This document shows, one piece after another, positions 39,166-51,408 of a DNA stretch of 64,000 nucleotides. Source of the stretch: Mobula hypostoma (Eukaryota). The notes under the pieces are model-generated. The model was not told where the DNA came from. It ran no database searches and saw nothing but the letters and a program-made list of their open reading frames with translations. Each line of letters begins with the position of its first letter. Within the stretch, counting starts at the first letter, position 1. The stretch is from NCBI RefSeq assembly GCF_963921235.1, contig NC_086108.1:45262001-45326000 (forward strand). Direction: 5' to 3'. A program made the translations under genes and the position numbers.

Positions 39166-41349
39166 TTTAGAATGAGAAAAATTTTCATTGGCGGATACTT
39201 CTCATGGCTGGATAGTCCAAATTTAATACTCATGGTTTCATGTTTGAGGATTGGCTGTTTTAATATTTAAATGGGGTGAAATGTTACGGGTGTTGTGCAT
39301 TGTGAATCTTAAATTTCTTTACCTAAGAAGGCTGTAGATGCAGGGGAAGAGTAAGTTTGAGATTGAGTGATATTTTGGTAAATTGCTTTATTGCTATTAT
39401 ATACCAACATACAGTGTAAAACTTGTTTTGCATGTCATCCATGCAGATAATTTTATTACAACAGTGGAACAAAGCAGTACAAGGGAAAACAATAATAGAG
39501 TGCAGAGTAAAGTGGTATAGCTACAGAGAAAGTGCAGTACAGGTAGACAGCAAGGCACAAGGTGATAACGAGGTAGATCGTGAGGTCAAGAGTCCATCTT
39601 ATCGTACTAGGAGACCGTTCATCAGCGTTATAAGGGAAATATGGGCTATGGGGATGAAGTAGGAAAATAAAGTTAAATTGAAAATCAGCCATTGAATTTA
39701 TAAATTATATATTTAATTTTGTTTGGGTATTGGTTGGGCCAGAATGGTCCCATTTTTGAGTGCTCGACTTAGACTGACGTTAGGAATCATTTTAATAACT
39801 GCTTGGAATTCCACAGCTTCTGTATATTCTGCATGCTACATTCTTAAGTAGAATAATTAGAATACCCAATGGGAAAATTATGTTAAAAATGAAATTGTCA
39901 TCAGTAAGGAATTTCATTCTTTTTGGAGCTCTTTAAACCCTAACAAGAAACAGATATTGCTAACAGCTAAAATACATTTCCACTGAAGACTGCCAAGAGG
40001 CAGGCATGTTTTATCATTAAAGTTTAAACATAGGCACACGGAGAAAACTATTGGCCAGATAAGTCCAGGCCAGTTAATGTAAAACAACTGAGGACAGGTT
40101 AGCTGCCACATTCAAAATAAGCTGGAATGATAAATATTTTTTGTATTTAACATCCATACCACCTTATGACTTTTATTGGTCAACTTTGCTGGGTGTCAAG
40201 ATTCAACTCAGTGGGTACTCACGTTTACAAATAAATAGGGTGTTGTAAAGGAGAAATTGTACAATTACTGAAAATCATCTAGACATTGAGGGAGTACATG
40301 CATTATTCTGTTAATTACTGAGTGTGAGCATGAAAGTCCCAGGCTTTCTATTCAAAGTTAATTGATCTTAGCCCAGATAGTGGTGGGGAACTGTAATTGA
40401 TATGAGTATAGCTGAGCTTGGAATGTTAAAAGATTCCTAAGTTTCCTACTATAAATTTCTTTCACTGCATGGCCCTATGATAGAATAGCCTTCCCACAGT
40501 TACTGATTGGGTAAGTATAAAGAAAAGCGGTCATGATTAAATATTGTGGGGCACTTTATACCGACATGAATCATCACTTTTAGGGCAGATGAGCAGTAAA
40601 GAAATAAAATAATACTTGATCATTTCAAATTAAAAAAGAAAATTAAAGACTTCATGGAAATCATAGACAACACAGGGGACTTTGCTGCATTGTCTATCAA
40701 AAAGATGGTTCTGAACTGGCATGCCTATTAAATAGTTGACTTTTACACAAAGATTTATAATGTTTTTTAAATATTCTGCACATTCCACAATACAAGGGAA
40801 AGAATCACCTGGCAGCAATTAGTCTATGATACATTTTAAACTATAATAAAGGAGAATTTGGGTGCTTAATTCAAAACGTTCCCTGGAAGTGAAAAGCATA
40901 ACTGTTTCCTGAGTATGTACTGACAGTGAGTTCCCTGGAGATAGGATCTCATAAAGCAGCAAGGGGCCAGAAACTGTGCTGTGCTCAAACTTCATATTAA
41001 CACAGCTTCAGCGCTAAATGACAACTTTAATGGAATTCAGTCATATGACAAAGGTAATCAGGTTAGATAGCTTGAAAGTTTTAAATCACCTCATCTCTGA
41101 TTTGTTCAAAAGATGAAAAGAATGAGGTGGATATACATTTATACTTCATCCCAAGTAAGACTAAATAAAACTGTTGGTGAAGAGCTATAACTGCTGCCAG
41201 ACTGCAGATCTACTGTATCTACAGAGCTGGCAGGAATTAAACATAATTCCAAGCTGGACTTGTTTCGTAACTGTGCCCAATTCACATCAGTGCCTTTTGA
41301 CAGTGAACACAAGAATATTTGCCTATACAACGTTGGGTAAGATTAGAAT

Positions 41350-41800
41350 GATGAAAGCAGCATCCATCATCAAGGACCTCCACCACCCAGAGCATGCTCT
41401 CTTCTCACTGCTGTCATCAGGAAGAAGGTACAGGAGCCTCAGGACTTACACCACCAAGTTCAGGAACAGTTATTACTCCTCAACCATCGGGCTCTTCAAC
41501 CAGCAGGGGTAACTTCACTTGCCCCTGTCACTGAACAGCTCCTACAACCTATGGATCACCTTCAAGGACTCTTCATCTCATGTTCTTGATATCTATTGCT
41601 TATTTATTCATCATTATTATTTTTTATTTTCTATTTAGATAGTTTGTTACCTTTCGCACATTGGTCATTTGTCCATCCTGCTGGGTGTGGTCTTTCATTG
41701 ATTTTATTATGTTTGTTGGATTTACTGGGTATGCCACAAGAAAATGAACTTTGGGATTGTATATGGTGACATACATTCACTTGACTCTGAACTTTGATAT
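41350..41800 (+). mobile_element. Rex1-type 3' fragment
   Basis: KAASIIKDLHHPEHALFSLLSSGRRYRSL..FRNSYY followed by the typical 3' UTR. Confidence 0.85.
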
Positions 41801-42179
41801 TAGCTTCAAAGTTAGTTCAAGAAGTTGTGGATTGAAACCTTTAAATGCTTCCCTGCTACCTATACCATCAGGATAGAATAATAGCAGAAGCGTTCGGAAG
41901 TGTCAGAGAAATATTCCAATTGCATCTTCATTAGATTGTTTAAAATGCAGTATGTACATTTGTAAGCAATACAAAGTCAGATACTTAGCCTCCAAATTAA
42001 TAATTATGGGCTGAGACCAGTGCAGGAGAAGGTGTTAAATGATTTGGATGCATGAGAATCAAGTAGTTTTGCAAAGCCCTGCTCATTCCTGGGAGTGCCT
42101 CAACCTGTGCTTGATTTCCATTGGACCAGTCCACACCTTAACCAGTCTGATGATGCAGTGTCCCAGTTATTCCTTGCAT

Positions 42180-42862
42180 CTATTCATCTATTGCATCCGG
42201 TGCGGCCTTCTCTACATCGGTGAAACCCGACGCAGATAGGGGGAACGCTTCGTCGAGCACCTCCGCTCCATCCGCCACAACAGTCAGGATCTCCCGGTTG
42301 CCACCCACTTCAACTCTACTTCACATTCCCATTCGGATATGTCCATACATGGCCTCCTCTATTGCCATGATGAGGCTAAACTCAGGTTGGAGGAGCAACA
42401 CCTCATATACCGTCTAGGTAGTCTCTAGCCCCTTGGTATGAACATAGAATTCTCCAATTTACGGTAATTCCCTCTCCCTCCCTTCCCCTATCCCTATTTC
42501 AATCTGCCCCCTCCCCCAGCTGCCTATCACCTCCCTCATGGTTCCACCTCCTTCTACTACCCATTGTGTTTTCCCCTATTCCTTCTTCACCTTTCCTGCC
42601 TATCACCTCCCTGCTTCCCCTCCCCCACCCCTTTATCTTTCCCCTTACTGGTTTTTCACCTGGAACCTACCAGCCTTCTCCTTCCCACCCTCCCCCCACC
42701 TTCTTTATAGGGCCTCTGCCCCTTCCCTCTTCAGTCCTGACGAAGGGTTCCGGCTCGAAACATCGACCGATCTTTTCCACGGATGCTGCCCGACCTGCTG
42801 AGTTCTTCCAGCATGTTGTGAGTGTTGCTTTGACCCCAGCATCTGCAGAGTATTTTGTGTTT
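42180..42862 (+). mobile_element. Penelope-like element 3' portion with GIY-YIG endonuclease remnant
   Basis: IYCIRCGLLYIGETRRR*GERFVEHLRSI...RLEEQHLIYRLGSL, then a pyrimidine-rich tail and terminal module. Confidence 0.9.
42731..42770 (+). ncRNA. Minimal hammerhead ribozyme motif, slightly decayed
   Basis: TCAGTC-CTGACGA-AGGG ttccgg CTC-GAAA-CATC-GACCGA; core intact, ACGT palindrome changed to ACAT. Confidence 0.6.
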
Positions 42863-43426
42863 ACCATCCAGTTAGTCAACCTGGATTTACGAAAGGAATT
42901 TCTGTTTGACAATATTTTCCATTAATCTTTGTTTGTACATTTATTCAATGAATGTGGACTTTGCTGGTTGAGCCAGCATTTCATTGTCCTTATTGCCCTT
43001 GAGAAGAAGATGGTGAACTGCCTTCTTGAAGGCTACAGTTCTTAAGGTGTGGGTATACCCACAATGTTATATGGGACAGAGTTCTGGGATTTTGACCCAG
43101 CAATGGTGAAGGAACTGTGATGTATTTCCAAGTCAGGGTAGTGCATGACTTGGAGGACAACATCCAGGTGGAGATGTTCTGATACTTTTGTTGATGTTAT
43201 TCTACTCGTTGGTAGAGGTTGAGGCTTGGAAGATACTAGGTAGTATATAGATGAGTTGCTGCAGTGCATCATGTAGATGGTAGAAACTGCTAATACTGTG
43301 TGTCAGTGGTGGAGTTGAGTGGATAGTTGTGGATGGGATGCCTTTCAAACAGGCTGCTCTGTCCTGTACGATTTTCAACTTCTTGAGTGTTGAAGCTGCA
43401 CTTTTCCAGACAAGTAGTGCGTATTC

Positions 43427-44546
43427 GGTAGGCTCATTCAGAAAGTTAGAAGGCATGGGATCCAGGGAAGTTTGGCCAGGTGGATTCAGAATTGACTTGC
43501 CTGCAGAAGGCAGAGAGTCGTGGTGGAGGGAGTACATTCAGATTGGAGGATTGTGACTAGTGGTGTCCCACAAGGATCTGTTCTGGGACCTCTACTTTTC
43601 GTGATTCTTATTAATGACCTGGATGTGGGGGTAGAAGGGTGGGTTGGCAAGTTTGCAGATGACACAAAGGTTGGTGGTGTTGTAGATAGTATAGAGGATT
43701 GTCAAAGATTGCAGAGAGACATTGATAGGATGCAGAAGTGGGCTGAGAAGTGGCAGATGGAGTTCAACCCGGAGAAGTGTGAGGTGGTACACTTTGGAAG
43801 GACAAACTCCAAGGCAGAGTACAAAGTAAATGGCAGGATACTTGGTAGTGTGGAGGAGCAGAGGGATCTGGGGGTACATGTCCACAGATCCCTGAAAGTT
43901 GCCTCACAGGTGGATAGGGTAGTTAAGAAAGTTTATGGGGTGTTAGCTTTCATAAGTCGAGGGATAGAGTTTAAGAGTCACGATGTAATGATGCAGCTCT
44001 ATAAAACTCTGGTTAGGCCACACTTGGAGTACTGTGTCCAGTTCTGGTCACCTCACTATAGGAAGGACGTGGAAGCATTGGAAAGTGTACAGAGGAGATT
44101 TACCAGGATGCTGCCTGGTTTAGAGAGTATGCATTATGATCAGAGATTAAGGGAGCTAGGGCTTTACTCTTTGGAGAGAAGGAGGATGAGAGGAGACATG
44201 ATAGAGGTGTACAAGATAATAAGAGGAATAGATAGAGTGGATAGCCAGCGCCTCTTCCCCAGGGCACCACTGCTCAATACAAGAGGACATGGCTTTAAGG
44301 TAAGGGGTGGGAAGTTCAAGGCGGATATTAGAGGAAGGTTTTTTACTCAGAGAGTGGTTGGTGCATGGAATGCACTGCCAGAGTCAGTGGTGGAGGCAGA
44401 TACACTGGTGAAGTTTAAGAGACTACTAGACAGGTATATGGAGGAATTTAAGGTGGGGGGCTATATGGGAGGCAGGATTTGAGGGTCGGCACAACATTAT
44501 GGGCCAAAGGGCCTGTACTGTGTTGTACTATTCTATGTTCTATGTT
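43427..44546 (+). mobile_element. Young 5'-truncated CR1 with uninterrupted 320-aa RT C-half, inserted in an older LINE
   Basis: ORF 43520-44482 (SGVPQGSVLGPLLF, KFADDTK); TTCTATG tail; GTATTC duplicated at 43421-43426 and 44547-44552. Confidence 0.95.
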
Positions 44547-46944
44547 GTATTCCGTCACACTCCTGACTGAACAATGTACTGTGGATAGTGGACAGGTTTG
44601 GGGAGGGGGAAGGGCTGAAGAGGTGAGTTACTCATGCAGAATTCCTGACCTCTGACCTACTCTTGCCATTTTTTTGCATATAGCTACTCCAGTTTAGATT
44701 CTGATCAAAGATAACCCCTAGGATATTGATAGTGGGACATTCAATGATAGTAATGCCATTGAACATCAGGAATAATAGCTGGATTTTCTCATGTTGTATA
44801 TCATTATTGCTTGGCTCATGTGCAGCATAAATGTTACTCGCCAACCCACAGCCCAGGCCTGGATATTGTCCAGGTTTTCCTTCACTTGTTTATGGAATGC
44901 TTTATTACTTAGGGAGTTATGAATGCTGTTGAATATTGTGCAATCATCAATGGAAAATCTCTACTTGAGACCTATGAATCTAACAGAATAGATAAAAGGA
45001 ACCTGTAGATATAATGTATTTGGATTTCCAGAAAGCCTTTGGGGAGAAATGGCAGAATGGTGTAGTAGTTAGTGCCCCTGCCACACAGCTTTGGGGATTG
45101 TATTCGACCCTGATCTCTGGTGTTGTCCTTGTGAAGTCTGCATATTCACCCTGTGACTGTGTGAATGTCCCACTGGAATGCTCAAGATTCTTCCCATGTG
45201 GCTGGTTAACTGCATACTGTAAATTGCCCCTAGTGCATGCGTTGCAGGAGAATCAGGAGTTGGTGGGGACTTGAGAGCACAAATGGATTAGTGTAGTTGG
45301 GTGATTGATGTTTAACATGGCCATAATGAGCTGAAAGGCCTGTGTCTATATTGAATGACTCTAACCTGTCATATATGTAAGCAGTTATTAAAAAACACCT
45401 GAGATTGGTGATATACACTGGGATGGATCAAGGATTATTTAATAGTTAGAGGCAGAGAGTATGAATACAAAAATAGGGTGCACAGCTGTAACAAATGGGA
45501 TGCCATGGGAAATGGGGTGGTGCCCACAACTATTTATAATCATTCTCAGCGATATGAAAGGTAGGAACTGTTTGAACGAACCTTCTGCATGAATCACGTA
45601 AAGTTACAGTGCAGATGTAGCAAGCAGTTCAGAAGGCAAGCTCTATAGGCAGTCATCAGGTTACCACCGGGTCCTGTTGCTGAGAACTCTTCCTAAGTGA
45701 GAAATAAACAAAAACAGTGTGTGACAGAGGATTAGAGAGACCGCTGAGACGGAAGAGTGAACAAGCATAGGAAGAGTGGCAGCAAATCGGCCTCACTGAC
45801 TCAGTGAATCAGCAAGTGAGTCTGCTCAACGCACCCAGCTCTGCCTGGCTCATTCCTTTCCCTGATCGTGTGGCTCAGGGGCAGGGAGTGGGGAGCGAAG
45901 ACATTCCCACCCACAGAAGGTGCCCACAATCCCACAACAGCTGGCAAATACATCCCCATCAATTCTGCCAGTCTCTCAAATACTAATTTGTATGGCTGGA
46001 GCATCAGGCGTTTGTAACCTGTGCAGGGCCTGTTCTGGCCTGTATTTCAAGAATATAAGAATAAAAACAGATTTTCTGGACATATATAGAGTCCAGATGA
46101 AATTGTATATAGAATATTGTGTACTGATACCTAAAGAAGGATATATTTGTGGTAAGGGAATGCCCCAACAGTCCACCAGATAAATTTGAGCAGCTGTCCT
46201 ATGAAGAGAGACTAAACACACTGGATCTATAATTCAGAAGATGAGAAATAACCTCATTGAAATTTACAAAATTCTTGCAGGGTTTGACGGGATAGATACA
46301 GAGGTGATGTTTCTATTGATGAGAGCTAGTGGTTCGAATTCAATGGAAGCTCCATTCAAATTTTCCAAGGTCAGTCTGAGCAGCAGCTTGACCTCTCATG
46401 CCCACTAACACATTGATCAAATAGGATCATCATGTATGTAATGGACACATGTATATGCTGCATGTTTTCTCACTTCCACTGAAAAAATACAGATCGAGAA
46501 GGAGGCCGTAGTTTATCCTCTGACCAAATTCAACTCTTCAGATATTGGCATCTTCCTGAGTACAATGTTAGACTTTGTAGCTCTCTTAGCATAATTATTC
46601 TATATGGCACAGAATCTCATGATCGAATGCTATGGCTGATGCACTCTAGAATGCCAAGTGAGAAAGTGATCATTTGGTTGGCACTAAAAGTGTTCATGCG
46701 GGAGGATTTCACAGTTAATGCTGATGATGTTCTTAGGGCCACCTAGTGAGATATTCTGCTTAGAGACGTCCACAAGTACAGCCTGTTAGACAATTACTGT
46801 ATAATTTTGAGTTGGATATCAACAATGTCACTTAGCCTTCCTGAAGGCAGTGGCAAAAAAACTAAACGTAGTTATTCCAAAGGTATTGCAGGGTGTATTA
46901 CCACTAATGTTCATATTCAAAACAAGGGGATGTTGTACATGTAA

Positions 46945-47545
46945 GTTCAAAGTAAATTTATGATCAAAGTACATATACGTTGCCATGTACTACCTGCAGA
47001 TTCATTTTCTTGCAATCATTTACAGTAGACCAAAGAAATACAATATAACCAATGAAAAGCCACAAATTAAGACTGACAATCAATGTGAAGAAGTAGGCAA
47101 TCTTTGCATATAGAAGTAGTAATAAAAATAATAAATAATTAATACTGAGAACAGGAGTTGGGGAGTCCTTGAAAGTGAGTCCATAGATTGTGGAGTCAGT
47201 TCAGAGTTGCCGTGAGTGAAATTATCCATACTGATTCAGGAGTTTAAGGGTTGAAGGGTAAAAGCTGTTCCTGAACTTGGTGGTGGGACCTAAGGATCCT
47301 ATACCTCCTTCCTGATGGCAGCAGCAAGAAGATGGATGTTGGGCATCCTTGATGATGTATGCTGCTTTCTTGTGACAGCTCCTTGTCGATGTGCTCAGTG
47401 GTGGGCGGGTTTTGCCTGTGACGAACTGGGCCATATCCACCACTCTTTGTAGGTTTTTCCATTCTTGGGCATTGCTGATTCCACACCAGGATGTGATACT
47501 CTCTGCTGGGCATCTATAGAAGATTGACAAAGTATTAGTTGACAA
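46945..47545 (-). mobile_element. Rex1-type 3' fragment
   Basis: FYRC..SITSW, KKAAYIIKD and KFRNSFYPSTLKLLN plus tail. Confidence 0.85.
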
Positions 47546-47559
47546 GCCAGATCTGTATA

Positions 47560-49323
47560 TTTTTCTGAGAAATGAACAGACAAACCGAGCCTAAAATGCA
47601 AGGCTCCAGAAATTAAGACAACTAAGAGGTGGTCATGGGCAGCAGAGGAATGGCTACAGAATTCCTTTGAGTCATTGGATTGGACCCTGTTCAAGAACTC
47701 ATCAAAGGATCTGAATGACTACACTTTATTAAATCAGCTACAGATCAGTGTGTCCCCACGAAATCATTCAGGGTCTAAGCTGGATGAAATCTGGAACTCG
47801 TTGAGGGCCAGATTAGAGGTATTCAAGTCTGGAGATGAAGAATGCTACAAGGTATGATCAATGGAAAGCCATTTGATGGGTGAAGTGGAGAGTTCAGACT
47901 AGAATGGAATCAATGAGGGATGCTCGACAGCTGTGGCAGAGTTTGAATGCCATAACCTCCTACAAAGCTAAATCTTGCGATATAGGGTACACTTCCTGAG
48001 GAGCTCAATGCCTTCTATGCTTGATTTAATCACCAGAACAGGAAGAGTGTGGTAACCTTCATCAATGACTATCACACAGTGGCATTTATATCCACAGTAA
48101 GGACGTGTTTTGAGAGGCTGGTGTTGAAACATATCAGCTGCTGTCTGAGCAGTGACTTGGATCCGCTCCAATTTACCTACCGGAGCAACAGATCCACAGC
48201 AGGTGCCATTTCATTGGCTCTTCACACAATCCTGGAACATCTGGACAGCAAAGATGCACATTTCAGGATGCTCTTTATCAATTACAGTTCAGTATTTAAT
48301 ACCATCATCCCCTCAAAGCTAATCAGTAAACTCCGAGACCCGGGCCTCAATCCCTCCTTGTGCAATTGGATCCTGGATTTCCTCACTTGCAGACCCCAGC
48401 CAGTTCAAATTGGCAAAAACATCTCCTCCACAATCTCCATCAGCACAGGTGCACCACAGGGATGTGTACCTTAGCCCCCTGTTCTACTTGCTCCACACCA
48501 ATGATTGACGGGCTAAGTACAGGTCCAACACCATATTCAATTTTGCTGATGACACCACTGTTGTGGGCTGTATCAAAGGTGGTGATGAATCAGCATACAG
48601 GAGGGAGATTGAAAATCTGGCTGAGTGGTGTCATAACAACAACCTCTCACTCAAATGTCAGCAAGACCAAAAATCTGATAGTAGACTTCATGAGAGGAAA
48701 ACCAGAAGTCCATGAGCCAGTCCTCACTGGAGGATCAGAGGTGGAGAGGGTCAATAACTTTAAATTCCTGGGTGTCACTATCTCAGATGACCTGTCCCGG
48801 ACCCATCATATCAATATTATTGCCAAGAAAGCACAACAGCGCCTCTACTTCCTTAAGAGTCTGTGGAGATTCAGCATGTCATCGAAAACCTTGGCAAACT
48901 TCTATAGATGTGTGGTGAAAAGTGAATTGACTGGCTGCATTATGGCCTGGTATGGGAACACTAACGCTTTTGAATGGAAAATCCTACAAAGGTCGTGAAT
49001 TTAGCCCACTGCATCACGGATAAAGTCCTCCCAACCATTGAGCACACCTACATCAAACTCTGTTGTAGAAAAGCAGCATCCATCTTCAAAGATCCTCACC
49101 ACCCAGGCCATGCTCTTTTCTCACTGCTGCCATCAGGTAGAAGGCAAAAGTGCCTCAGGACTTGCACCATCAGGCTCGAGGACAGTTACTACCCCTCAAC
49201 CATCAGGCTTTTGAACAAAAGATGATAACTACACTCATCTATTGAGATGCTCCCACAATCAATGATCTCACCTTAAGGAGTCTATCTTGTTATTTCAGGC
49301 TCTCATTATTTATTTCTATTTGC
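47560..49323 (+). mobile_element. Rex1/Babar-type LINE, decayed; 3' UTR cut off at the Gypsy LTR
   Basis: [32 protein letters not shown] and SYYPSTIRLLN. Confidence 0.9.
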
Positions 49324-49542
49324 TGTGTATGTGGCCCGGTTACACAACAATGCTATTAATAAAAACATGGGAGACGGGAGCTAAGTTTCATGGTTCTTTA
49401 CTGGCATAATCTGAACTCAGCACACAGGTACAGATCAATACGCACCTAATAGCGCATGCTCAATATGCACCCAATAGCGCATTCAACGATGTGTTACTAA
49501 AACATAAAGTAGTCCCTTATATAGTGTAGGCTATATGGTACA
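49324..49542 (-). repeat. 3' LTR (about 219 bp)
   Basis: Begins TGTACC directly after the PPT and ends ...CATACACA at the Rex1 junction. Contains TATATAAG and an internal duplication of about 25 bp (49436-49486). Confidence 0.8.
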
Positions 49543-49560
49543 CTCCTCCCCTTTTATTTT
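49543..49560 (-). promoter_or_regulatory. Polypurine tract
   Basis: AAAATAAAAGGGGAGGAG immediately 5' of the LTR TG. Confidence 0.85.
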
Positions 49561-50118
49561 AATAGTGTATCAACTGTTTTTTTTTTACTGGGGCACTATG
49601 CTAAACAAATATGTTTACCCTTAACATACAAACGCCTACCATTTGTTTACTTAGTAACTTAATAATATCAAATTATAACAAAGTAACGTAATAATTTCAA
49701 ATTATAACAAGCCTTTTTTTTTACTTTTGGTCTAAGACCCATTTATAACTCAAGTCTCTGGGGGTGGAGGGTCTGCTCTAGATTGTCCGGCACTGAAGCA
49801 AATAGGTCTTCACTCTATTGTCTGGAATAAATTGAACAATCCACAATTTGGCAGGTTCCAGCCATAAAGAGTAGGCATGTCAATCTTGCAAAGATGGCAA
49901 AAGCAAAGTGAAATCGATGAAAAGGTGAATGTTATTCTTAAAAATATGTACAATCATCAAAACTGAGATGGCATTGGAAAGTGTCTTCAAATAGTGTGTT
50001 CTTCAGTCTGTCAATAAACTTGTTTGTTTTAATACAGATTGCCATATAAAAGTCATGAAAAGTTGACTTCTGAGCATAGGGAGTTAAAAAGATATGCGCC
50101 TCCAACTTGCTAAGAGTT

Positions 50119-51055
50119 CTAGGCAGCAGATTGCCTCTGTATAATGAAGACTCCTCTATGCAGCTGTCCTAGATATATACGTATCTTTGTGCTATCACTT
50201 GTCTTCCTTACCCATATCTCATTTGTTCCAGCTGAGCTAATTACACAGCCAATCTTCGTATTCTCCTGAGATTCCAAATAGATAGCCTGACCTTTATGAT
50301 ACCATCTCTTATCGTAATATAACTTTCCATCTTCTATTCATGCTTCATATCTTTGTGCTGGTGATTCAGCACAAGTGCTGGGAAGATGCTCAAGAGAAGA
50401 CAGAGATGCTGGTCTTTTCGGAGATTTAAACTTATTGAGAGTTCGCAGATCTTCCATTATCTGTTCATCTGTTAACAAGTAATTTAACTGTGCAAGTGCA
50501 GGTTTTCGTCTTTTGTCTGTAATTGGAACAGGGTCATTAGGTCTCTTCCAGAGTTTCCTAGTCATTATTGGCTTTACCTCCATAGAATCTCCTGTGAGTT
50601 CCATTATTAGCCTCTCAATCTCAATCATCTTTTTTCTTTTCTTCTAACTCAATTTTTTTATCTTCAAATTCCTTCACTGCTGCTTTGTTCTGTTTAATAT
50701 AATTCCTTTCCACTCGTTCTGTCTCCAGTTGCAGAAAAAGCTCTGCATTTCATATTCCTTCCTTGAATTGTTGATCTAGTTTCTTCATCCTTTTCTGATA
50801 CTCCTGCAAAGTGCCTTCCTGTAACTGCTGTAGCTGTCGTTTGAGAGATGTCAATTTCTCCTGGTACATCTGCTCTTTTACTTCCAGGTAGTCTTCATCA
50901 TCCTGCTTATTGGCAGTATCTGTCTCCCTTGCATCCTCTGTATCTTCATCTGAGTCGTGGCCACGGATACTGTGTTCGTCCTCATCGTCGACGCTGTCTA
51001 GCTCCTCCTTGTCATTGTAATAGTTGACAATGGGTGAGAGGAGAGCTGCGGACAT
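50119..51055 (-). pseudogene. SUDS3: Intronless retrocopy of SUDS3/SDS3 (Sin3-HDAC complex subunit), full CDS span, disabled
   Basis: MSAALL...DSDEDTED...[37 protein letters not shown]...[11 protein letters not shown]...[51 protein letters not shown]...[15 protein letters not shown]...SAA*. TGA stops at 50750-50752 and 50338-50340, a +1 frameshift in the A-run near 50630, and an apparent 8-codon deletion near 50645. Confidence 0.97.
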
Positions 51056-51074
51056 CTTCCCCGCTGAGCTGCCC

Positions 51075-51408
51075 TCCTTTGTTGACACATCTAGTGCCTT
51101 GACGGTGTGCCAAACCAACTGGATTTTCCTGAGCCGTTCACGTCCCATTCACGTCTTCCATTTTTCAGTACATAGAGGTTCAGTTGCTGTATTTTGTCTC
51201 CGTAGGTCACTGTCACTTTAACTTTACCTTTGGGATGCACTTTCTGTCCTGTGTAAGTCTCTAGCTGTAGTTTAGTTCGTTTCAGAGGTGTGTGAGATAC
51301 AGTCGTTTGTTGTCGTGTACAGAGATCACTGTTAAAGCTGAGCCTGTGTCCAACTCCATTTTCAGTCTCACGCCTGCCACTTGTGGAGTGATCCTTATTA
51401 CTCTTCAA
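51075..51408 (-). pseudogene. Retropepsin (aspartic protease) region of Gypsy pol, frameshifted
   Basis: LKMELDTGSALTVIS (DTG at 51342-51350), LETYTG and LYVLKNG, then [12 protein letters not shown]. Colinear with the Gypsy at 30430-30730. Confidence 0.9.

Noticed and set aside
50119..51055. Functional SUDS3 gene
   Set aside because: Two premature stops, a frameshift and no introns; embedded in a retrotransposon.
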